Positions 8,112 to 15,689 of a stretch of 64,000 nt of DNA are shown here, piece after piece (positions within the stretch are counted from its first letter, which is position 1; each line of letters opens with the position of its first letter). Location of the stretch: the IMG/VR virus record IMGVR_UViG_3300044712_000688, positions 72,299 to 136,298 of that record, one strand, 5' to 3'. The position numbers and the translations under genes are program-made. This DNA is from a virus. The notes under the pieces were generated by a model, which ran no database searches, was not told where the DNA came from, and saw only the letters and a list, made by a program, of their open reading frames with translations.

Positions 8112-10394
8112 GAGCCTGGATTAGATCAGGACGCTCCAGATTTAGACCGAATCAAGAGCATCCTAGATAAGTACCGTACTAAGCCAACTGCCACAGAGAC
8201 TGTACGTCCATCTGTAGCCGAAGGCGAGCCGGGATCTAGAACTAATCCACTCGAACTTACTCAGGAGCAACTTGATGAAAAGCTTGCCTCTGTAACCGAG
8301 ACTAACAAGGCTGCGGCTTCCAGTGTTTTGTCTAGCGTACTAGACAAACTGCGCAATCCTAGAAGCATCAAAGATTGGGTACAAAAGTGGAAGAGAGACG
8401 GTAACCGACCTCTCCCAGTCAACCCTGCAAGTGAGACCCACTACACCGGCCCCAACCTATTGGTCTTGGAAAACGCAGCTTCAGAAAACGGATTCAGCGA
8501 CCCTAGATGGATGAGTGCGTCTCAGGTTGCTCAGGCTGGAGGAACAATCCCAGCTGGAACCAAGGGTACTCAGATTCTTGTACCTAGCTTCTTTGTAACC
8601 ACCCGTGACGGCAAGGTTGTCGAGCACTTTGAGTTTAGAAAAGTCACTGTTTTTAATGGTGATCAGATTCAAGGAATCGCTCCATACAACGCTGACGAAA
8701 ACAAGTCCTACACCGCAAAAGAGGCTGTAGATATCATCCTTGACAGAATGCGTGAAGCAGCCGAGCTTCGAGGTGTCAAGGCTCCTGAAATGTTTGGTAT
8801 TCAGCTAGATGAAAACCAGAATCCACGCTGGATGCCTAACTATCGCGGAGAAGTTGATAGGATCCGACTACCACTCCGAGCAAACTTTGATAGCGATGAG
8901 TCTTGGTTTAATGCCATTACCCACGAACTAATTCACAGCACGGGTAGAACCAACCGACTTAACCGAGAAGAAGTTAAGAAGGCACTAGATGGAAACAGCA
9001 ATGCCTACGCAGAAGAAGAGCTAACTGCCGAGCTAGGCTCCATGCTTCTATCAAAGATGTTTGGTCTTGACGCTGACCAAGATAACTCAATCAGCTACTT
9101 GCTCACTCACATTAGAAACCTAGATGGCATTGACGCGGATAAGGCCGTGACTGATGCCATGACTAGGGCACAGCTAGCTGCCGACTACCTGCTTGGTAAC
9201 GATGTTCTTCCTCAGTGGAACCCGCTGAAGACTAAGGTTGCCCCGACCCCACAGTCGGTAAGAATGGCGTCTACTACTCCAGAAGACTCGAGCCTGAACC
9301 CAGACACTAATCCTGATTCAGTTGATGCTCCTCTAGTAGGACTTGACCAAGCCCCGGGCAAGAAGCCTTTCAACCGCGCTAAGTCCGTGTCTGACAGCAA
9401 GGATGCTAAAGAGCGAGTTCTATCTGGACTACTGGAAAAGATTAAAGAAGGTAAGGCTCCTTGGCGTAAGCCATTTAAGGATGACGCTAACTATGCTGGT
9501 GCATTCGTTCCGCGTAACCCAGCATCGAAGCACATTTACAGCGGTATTAACTCGATTGTTCTTAAGCTGTACCAGCAGTTGTCTGGGTATGACGATCCTC
9601 GCTGGATGACCTACAACCAAGCCACAGAATTAGGTGGTCAGGTTCGTAAGGGCGAGAAAGGTGTACAAATCCTTGTTCCTTATAAGAGGGTCAAGAAAGA
9701 GAAGGATTCCTCAACTGGAGAAGAGAAGGTAACTGGTAGTTACGTAACATTTGGTGTAAAGACCGTGTTCAATGTTGAGCAGATTGATGGTCTAAACCTG
9801 CCTACCGTCAAGGCCGAGGCTGGAGAGCCTAAGACCCCGCTCGAGGCACAAGACTTCATTCTTGAGCGCTACCAAAAGTCAATGGAGGCCAAGGGTCTAA
9901 AGGCTCCTGAAATTTCATATACATATGTAGGTCAGTACGGTAGCCACTCATCTTCTCCAAACTGGGACCCAAGTTTCGACATGATTACCCTCCCAACCAA
10001 GGAGCAGTTCAATAGCCCAGAGGATATGTTTGACACCATTGCCCATGAGCTTGCTCACTCGACCGGACACAGGGATCGCCTTGACCGCACCGAGCTAACC
10101 AAGAACTATGGAACAAGCAATGCAGCCCGAGGTGAGGAAGAGCTTATTGCAGAAATCTCTGCAGCAATCCTAGCCAGCATGTTCGGTGTTAACAGCGACT
10201 TTGACAATACCGCGGCCTATGTAAAGAGTTGGCTAAAAGCACTACAGGATAACCCTGATATGGTTATGAAAGCCTCTTCTGAAGCTCAGAAGGTAGTAGA
10301 CTATTTGCTAGGTATGGATCTGGGAGACTGGAGCCCTATCGAGGGTTACCGAGCATCAAACAAATCTAAATCAGATGGAGACTCAGATGAGTAA
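8088..10394 (+). CDS. ardC: -1 frame extension of the polyprotein: two tandem ArdC-like units (ssDNA-binding N-domain plus zincin/MPTase)
   Basis: Unit 1: NPASETHYTGPN, DPRWMS, VFNGDQI, HELIH (8922-8936), EEELTAELGS. Unit 2: APWRKPF, YSGIN, DPRWMTYNQ, GGQVRKGEKG, VFNVEQI, HELAH (10044-10058), EEELIAEISA. No Shine-Dalgarno before the first possible start (TTG 8328). Confidence 0.85.
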   Translation, partial: SLAPNEGAEPGLDQDAPDLDRIKSILDKYRTKPTATETVRPSVAEGEPGSRTNPLELTQEQLDEKLASVTETNKAAASSVLSSVLDKLRNPRSIKDWVQKWKRDGNRPLPVNPASETHYTGPNLLVLENAASENGFSDPRWMSASQVAQAGGTIPAGTKGTQILVPSFFVTTRDGKVVEHFEFRKVTVFNGDQIQGIAPYNADENKSYTAKEAVDIILDRMREAAELRGVKAPEMFGIQLDENQNPRWMPNYRGEVDRIRLPLRANFDSDESWFNAITHELIHSTGRTNRLNREEVKKALDGNSNAYAEEELTAELGSMLLSKMFGLDADQDNSISYLLTHIRNLDGIDADKAVTDAMTRAQLAADYLLGNDVLPQWNPLKTKVAPTPQSVRMASTTPEDSSLNPDTNPDSVDAPLVGLDQAPGKKPFNRAKSVSDSKDAKERVLSGLLEKIKEGKAPWRKPFKDDANYAGAFVPRNPASKHIYSGINSIVLKLYQQLSGYDDPRWMTYNQATELGGQVRKGEKGVQILVPYKRVKKEKDSSTGEEKVTGSYVTFGVKTVFNVEQIDGLNLPTVKAEAGEPKTPLEAQDFILERYQKSMEAKGLKAPEISYTYVGQYGSHSSSPNWDPSFDMITLPTKEQFNSPEDMFDTIAHELAHSTGHRDRLDRTELTKNYGTSNAARGEEELIAEISAAILASMFGVNSDFDNTAAYVKSWLKALQDNPDMVMKASSEAQKVVDYLLGMDLGDWSPIEGYRASNKSKSDGDSDE

Positions 10395-10554
10395 AGAAAA
10401 GCCTGACATGCTAGGCGGATATACTGAGAATGATCCTGAGTATTGGACTCTTTTAGCCAAAATTATTGGTAATCCAGTACCAGATTACGAAGATGACAGT
10501 GAATTCGTTGACGAAAACGGCGTTGTTATCAAAGATATCACACCTGATAAATAA
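10387..10554 (+). CDS. Small acidic hypothetical protein (55 aa), not in the ORF track
   Basis: ATG 10387 overlaps the ArdC end, with GGAG 6 nt upstream. MSKEKPDMLGGYTENDPEYWTLLAKIIGNPVPDYEDDSEFVDENGVVIKDITPDK. Confidence 0.65.
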   Translation: MSKEKPDMLGGYTENDPEYWTLLAKIIGNPVPDYEDDSEFVDENGVVIKDITPDK

Positions 10555-10572
10555 ATCACTTTGATAAATAAC

Positions 10573-10581
10573 GGGTAAAAT
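10573..10581 (+). promoter_or_regulatory. GGTAAAAT-type promoter
   Basis: GGGTAAAAT about 35 nt upstream of ATG 10616. Confidence 0.6.
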
Positions 10582-10615
10582 TAGTCTAGGGTTTCTGACT
10601 TTATAGGATTGATGG

Positions 10616-12730
10616 ATGAACCACCTAATCGGCCGCTCTGGCGAACTAGCATTCTATGCTAACAATACACACGGTGTAGTGATCAACACTGCCGTAGGAG
10701 CTGTCGTCGCTAGCGGTGTAGCCCTCGACATTTTCGCAGAAAACAAATGGGAAACCTCGGGTACCCCCCTTACTCCGGCTGAAAAACTGCTTGCCGATAA
10801 GGTTCTAGCCAACCTAGAAGAAGAAGCCATCGTTGCTTCTGCAGACAGAATGTACACCATTCCTAAGTCTGTAGAGGCAGAGGCAAAGAAAGCTTTAGAG
10901 TGGCGTAAGGAAGAAGGCCGAGGAGGGACTCCTGTTGGCCTAAACACTGCTCGCACGCTTGCTAAGGGCGGTCAGATCGGTATCCGCAAGATTCGCCACA
11001 TTGCTAAGTACTTCCCTCGTCACGAAGTTGATAAGAAGGGTAAAGGCTGGAAGCCTGGCCAAGATAACTTCCCATCTAACGGTCGTATCGCATGGGCACT
11101 TTGGGGTGGAGACGCCGCTTGGCGTTGGGCACGTGCAATCGTTGAGCGCGAAGATAAGAAAGAGAAGTCAGTCACTGCTGGTGGTGGCTACACTGTCTCT
11201 AACTATGTAGATCAGGTCAACTACCCTAAGCAGAACGAAGAGCTAAACCCGTTCAAGTACGCTCATGAGCTTGATGAAAACTACGGCCCAGAATTCTTGG
11301 CTCGAGTTTGCCTAGATGGTTCTGGTATTGACCGACTTTACATGATAGACATAGACGGCTCGGTCTACGTCTGGGACGACGCTTGCTGGGACAACCTAGG
11401 TCACGTTGATGGTGACATCTGGACATACGACCGTATGTTGGATGATGTCTATGATCTAGAGGAAAAGTCTCACGTAATTATTGACCCTCAGTCTGCTCTT
11501 ATGATTGCAGCTCGTATGGCTGTAGACCCATACTGCAAGACTTCTGTCTTTGATCTAGATGCTGATGAAGCTTCTTTAATGGAGGCTGGTATTGGTGGCG
11601 AAGACTGGGAGTTTATTGACCAAGTAATTACTGCCGCAGCCCCTACCAACCAAGACGGCAACTACACTCCAGAAGAGCGTTCAGCAAACGCTGGTAACCA
11701 GCCTCGAGACGCTATGGGCCAGTTTGCTAAGGTAGGCCAGAAGGTAGCTATCGGTGGAGACGCTGCTAGAGGTTCTGGCACAATCCGCGACATTGATGGT
11801 GCTACTGGTATTGTTACCGTTGACCTTGCTGATGGACGAACTGTAAAGGTTGGTTCTAAGTACCTAGTCCCTGCAGAAAAGGCAAGTAGTCGTCCAAACT
11901 CTTTGCGTGTTGATGATGCAAATAAAGCTCCTATGGACTTCTCTGGGATCATTGGCGAGCCTCGTACTCCTCAGAACAGCAAGAAGGCCCACCTTCCGGG
12001 AACTCTACCAAAGCTAGATGTCAATGAATTTATCAACAACTACGCTTCTTGGGTGGAGAAGGAACGCTACAAGCCAAGGAGCGCAGCTGACAAGGCTGCG
12101 GTCAAGAAGCGTTGGCCAAATGCCAAGTTCACAGATGCATCTATCATTGCCTCTGCCGAAGAGAAGATTCTCACTCCTTCAACTTCTGACGTAACCCCTA
12201 GGTACCTAGCTATCGTTGCTCAGGAAGACCCTGAAGCAATGGTTGATCTAGTAGCAATTATTCCTAAGACCGCTACTTCCACTTCTCCAATTGCCTACAA
12301 GCGTGAGGGAGATAAGTGGGTTCAGGATGACCAGACCCTAGCAGACCTTCGTTCAGCAACTAAGCCTCCAGTAGTAGAGCTAGATAAAGAATCCCTAAAG
12401 GATGTTCTATCTCAGATGTCTGAGAACAAGCCTACAGAAGAGACTGCTCCAGAAGCGGTTATGGCTAGCTTGCTTACTGTCCTCGATGCTTTTGTGGCAG
12501 CAGGTGGAGCTGATAAGAACCGTGGCAACGCAGAAAAACTTCGTCGCTACTGGGTATATGGAGAAGGTGCTGCCAAGATCCGCTGGGGCCAGCCTGGAGA
12601 CTGGAAGCGTTGTGTACGCTACCTAGCTAAGCACCTAGGCCCACGTGCAAAGGGATACTGCCAACTTCGTCACAAGGATGCCCTTGGCTACTACACCGCA
12701 ACCCATGCGAAAAGAGACCGTAATGGCTAA
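10616..12730 (+). CDS. Multidomain head-morphogenesis / internal virion protein
   Basis: Contains GTPVGLNTARTLAKG...IAWALWGGDAAWRWA (a domain typical of phage head-region proteins), QPRDAMGQF, an SH3/KOW-like segment and a C-terminal RYW...KIRWGQPGDWKRC domain. Directly precedes the protease gene. Confidence 0.6.
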   Translation: MNHLIGRSGELAFYANNTHGVVINTAVGAVVASGVALDIFAENKWETSGTPLTPAEKLLADKVLANLEEEAIVASADRMYTIPKSVEAEAKKALEWRKEEGRGGTPVGLNTARTLAKGGQIGIRKIRHIAKYFPRHEVDKKGKGWKPGQDNFPSNGRIAWALWGGDAAWRWARAIVEREDKKEKSVTAGGGYTVSNYVDQVNYPKQNEELNPFKYAHELDENYGPEFLARVCLDGSGIDRLYMIDIDGSVYVWDDACWDNLGHVDGDIWTYDRMLDDVYDLEEKSHVIIDPQSALMIAARMAVDPYCKTSVFDLDADEASLMEAGIGGEDWEFIDQVITAAAPTNQDGNYTPEERSANAGNQPRDAMGQFAKVGQKVAIGGDAARGSGTIRDIDGATGIVTVDLADGRTVKVGSKYLVPAEKASSRPNSLRVDDANKAPMDFSGIIGEPRTPQNSKKAHLPGTLPKLDVNEFINNYASWVEKERYKPRSAADKAAVKKRWPNAKFTDASIIASAEEKILTPSTSDVTPRYLAIVAQEDPEAMVDLVAIIPKTATSTSPIAYKREGDKWVQDDQTLADLRSATKPPVVELDKESLKDVLSQMSENKPTEETAPEAVMASLLTVLDAFVAAGGADKNRGNAEKLRRYWVYGEGAAKIRWGQPGDWKRCVRYLAKHLGPRAKGYCQLRHKDALGYYTATHAKRDRNG

Positions 12731-15563
12731 CGAACAAGAATTCCTTATGGAAGAGATTTTGACCAAGAATTACGGTGTTCCTACGGAGATCACCGATGAA
12801 GATCTATTGATGCCTATCGAAGACATCATGTTTGAAGATGATGACATCTACGATGACTCTTGGGAGCCAGACGAGGAAACTTGCCGTCAGCTAGCCGAGC
12901 TAGCGGATTGCGATGACGAAGAATATGCGTCCCTTATTGCTGCTGGTGGCCTAGACCGTAACCGTGGTAACGCAGAGGAGCTTCGCCAGTACTGGACTCG
13001 CGGTAAGGGCGCTGCCAAGATTCGCTGGGGTACCCCTGGCGATTGGACTCGTTGCGTTCGTCAGCTTTCAAAGTACATGGGCCCACGCGCTAAGGGCTAT
13101 TGCCAGCTACGCCACAAGGACGCGACTGGTATCTACACTGGTAGCCGATTCAACCCGGGCCGTCGTAATGAAACCTCTAGCCTATATGCAAGCGAAGCTG
13201 AGTTTACCCAGTCGGTTATCGCTCAGGCAGAACTTACTGCTAGAGCGAACCACGCTAGAGAGCGTTTCGGTCTAGTTGCAAGTGCTGGTATGCAACACGG
13301 TGCAAAGTTCAACATTCCTCTACTGATCCCAGAAGACTTGGAGTCAGGAGATGGCCGTAAGTTTGTGAAGGACTCTCTATCAGTTCGAGAGCTTCCACTT
13401 CCACTTCTATGGCAGATCAAGACCGGCGACGGTCACATGGGGTCTGTGGTGGTTGGACGTATTGATTACGTAGAAAGAACCGAAAACGGTATTGGAAATG
13501 CCTATGGTGTTTTTGATACAGGAGCATATGGTCAAGAAGCAGAGCGTCTAGTACGTAACGGATTTATCCGTGGTGTTTCTGCAGATCTTGACCAGTTCGA
13601 AGCAGAAGAAGATAAGACTGAAAATGCTGAGGACACCGAAGACGTAGGTAAGAAGAAGTTAACCATAAATCACGCCCGTGTAATGGCTGCTACAATTGTA
13701 GCTAAGCCTGCATTCCAAGAATGCACTATCTCTATTGAAGAAAAACCAGCGGGAGACCAGGAGGATGAAGTGATTCCAGTTGACGGAATATATGAAGAAT
13801 CCGTCGAACAAGAATTCTCTGGCACATCGCTAGTTGCTTCAGGATTCATTGACGGCGAGATTCCTATGACACCACCAGCAGAGTGGTTCAAGGATCCTAA
13901 GCTAACTAAGCCAACCCCAATCACCGTTGACCCTTCTGGTCGTATCTACGGTCACATTGCAGCTTGGCACGTAAACCACATTGGCATGCCTCGCTCTACC
14001 CGCCCACCTCGCTCAAAGAGCAAGTACGCATACTTCCACACTGGTGTAGTCCGCTGTGCTGACGGAACTGACATGCCAGTGGGACAGTTAACTCTTGCTG
14101 GTGGACACGCACCTCTAACTGCTAACGCTGCTTCTGCAGCTAAGCACTACGACGACACCGCTTCTGCGATTGCAGATGTTCACATGGGTGAAGACGAGTA
14201 TGGAATCTGGTGTGCTGGCTCGGTACGTCCAGACGCAACCGAGATGCAGATTCGCGCACTTCGCGCTTCTGCTCCTTCTGGCGACTGGCGTCCAATTAAT
14301 GGCTCGCTCGAGCTTGTTGCAGTTTGTCAGGTAAACGTTCCAGGCTTCCCGATTGCTCGCGCAATGGTTGCTTCAGGTAAGGTTATGGCTCTAGTTGCAG
14401 CTGGTGCAAGCATGATGGCAATCATGAAGAGTCAGCACGTAGCAACCCTATCTGAGCGTGCATACAACCTAGCTGAACTTTCAGCTAGCGCCCCAGACCT
14501 ACGTTCTCGTGTAAAGTCTGCAAAGAAGGCTGTAAAGAAGCAGGCTCTAGTTGCTGCTGCTGCTAAGGCAGAAGAACTAAAGACCCGTGCTCTAGTTGCT
14601 GCTGCCGTTGCCGAGCTAGCTAAGTTCTCTGACGAAGAGAGAATGAAGCTTGCTGACAAGGGTCAGGCTCTACCAGATGGTTCGTTCCCAGTGCGCAACG
14701 AACAGGATCTCCGTAATGCTATCCAAGCATATGGACGTGCAAAGCGAGAGAACCGAGTAGCTGTCCGCAAGCACATTATCAAGCGAGCTAAGGCTCTAGG
14801 TAAGGCATACCTGATTCCAGATGAGTGGAAGTCAGCTGGTTCTACCGAGGCCGCGACAATCGTTGCTTCGATGCGTTCTCGTATCGCAGAATTTGCAGAA
14901 GCCCCGATCAAGGAGATTTCTGACGCAGACCTAAAGAAGCTGAAGGATGTAAAGGCCGAAGCTGACAAGCAGACTGCAGAAGAGATCAAGCTCGCTGAGG
15001 ATATTCGTACTGGTAAGACTACTGCCAAGGAAGTCTATGACAAAGAAGGTCGTAGCAAGTACACCCCAAAAACCCAACCCCGTGACGCTAAAGGTAAGTA
15101 CCGCAAGGTTCTTGCTCGACTAAAGCAGAACCTAGGTGTGGCGGGGCTTCAGAAGGCTTTGGAAAAGGTAGAAAAGGCAGAAAACCTAGAGTTTGCTGGC
15201 GACTACGTAAACTCAGCCAAGGCTAGTAGCGAGCTACTAGGAATGATTGATCGTCTAGATACTAAGGCCCTAAACCCTAAGTCTCTAGAAAACGTCCGCT
15301 CAACAGCGGCCGAACTAGGCAAGACAATTGCCAACCTTCCATTGCCATTCGGCAAGGAAGCTCAGAAAGTTAGATTTAGCGATCTACCTGCCGGACTAAA
15401 GACACTCATCGATGGGATGATTTCTCGAGTCGAAGCAAAGATCGGTAAAGAGGACGCAGATATTGCAACCGCAAATCTGAAGTCCTTCATGTCTGGTGCA
15501 GATGTCTATTCTCAGGCTGAAATTCAGTCAGAGATGAACACCCTGCTCCGACTCCTTACCTAA
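12723..15563 (+). CDS. Capsid maturation protease, multidomain fusion
   Basis: ATG 12723 overlaps the previous stop. SGDGRKF...LPLPLLWQ...GHMGSVVVGRID and GFIRGVSADLD resemble actinophage prohead proteases. Also carries GRIYGHIAAW, a DUF6582-like domain (LPDGSFPVRNEQDLRNAIQAYGRA) and a copy of the WGxPGDW domain. Confidence 0.8.
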   Translation: MANEQEFLMEEILTKNYGVPTEITDEDLLMPIEDIMFEDDDIYDDSWEPDEETCRQLAELADCDDEEYASLIAAGGLDRNRGNAEELRQYWTRGKGAAKIRWGTPGDWTRCVRQLSKYMGPRAKGYCQLRHKDATGIYTGSRFNPGRRNETSSLYASEAEFTQSVIAQAELTARANHARERFGLVASAGMQHGAKFNIPLLIPEDLESGDGRKFVKDSLSVRELPLPLLWQIKTGDGHMGSVVVGRIDYVERTENGIGNAYGVFDTGAYGQEAERLVRNGFIRGVSADLDQFEAEEDKTENAEDTEDVGKKKLTINHARVMAATIVAKPAFQECTISIEEKPAGDQEDEVIPVDGIYEESVEQEFSGTSLVASGFIDGEIPMTPPAEWFKDPKLTKPTPITVDPSGRIYGHIAAWHVNHIGMPRSTRPPRSKSKYAYFHTGVVRCADGTDMPVGQLTLAGGHAPLTANAASAAKHYDDTASAIADVHMGEDEYGIWCAGSVRPDATEMQIRALRASAPSGDWRPINGSLELVAVCQVNVPGFPIARAMVASGKVMALVAAGASMMAIMKSQHVATLSERAYNLAELSASAPDLRSRVKSAKKAVKKQALVAAAAKAEELKTRALVAAAVAELAKFSDEERMKLADKGQALPDGSFPVRNEQDLRNAIQAYGRAKRENRVAVRKHIIKRAKALGKAYLIPDEWKSAGSTEAATIVASMRSRIAEFAEAPIKEISDADLKKLKDVKAEADKQTAEEIKLAEDIRTGKTTAKEVYDKEGRSKYTPKTQPRDAKGKYRKVLARLKQNLGVAGLQKALEKVEKAENLEFAGDYVNSAKASSELLGMIDRLDTKALNPKSLENVRSTAAELGKTIANLPLPFGKEAQKVRFSDLPAGLKTLIDGMISRVEAKIGKEDADIATANLKSFMSGADVYSQAEIQSEMNTLLRLLT

Positions 15564-15569
15564 AAAATA

Positions 15570-15578
15570 AGGTACAAT
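15570..15578 (+). promoter_or_regulatory. Promoter for the major capsid gene
   Basis: AGGTACAAT, a variant of GGTAAAAT, just after the protease stop. Confidence 0.55.
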
Positions 15579-15586
15579 TAGTGATA

Positions 15587-15662
15587 GGTGGAGCGCCTCG
15601 CACATTCCGTGCTGAGTCCCTCAGCCTTGACTGTTCACCATGAATGGGATCTTCCTATTCAT
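15587..15662 (+). promoter_or_regulatory. Structured 5' leader of the major capsid mRNA
   Basis: GGTGGA/TTCACC closing stem, GCAC-ATTCC-GTGC and GCTGAG-TCC-CTCAGC hairpins, then a 10-bp hairpin at 15640-15662, ahead of SD AGGAGG at 15680. Confidence 0.45.
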
Positions 15663-15689
15663 AAAACCAATACTGGCCTAGGAGGTACA

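Noticed and set aside
8092-8124. Stop-codon readthrough or recoding of TAG 8092 as the link to the ArdC ORF
   Set aside because: The same frame hits another TAG at 8122-8124, and the ArdC ORF is in the -1 frame. TAG acts as a normal stop elsewhere in the window.
8328-8330. TTG 8328 as an independent start for the ArdC ORF
   Set aside because: No SD. The frame is open and protein-like for 94 codons upstream, including a GLDQ motif. Low-level initiation cannot be fully excluded.
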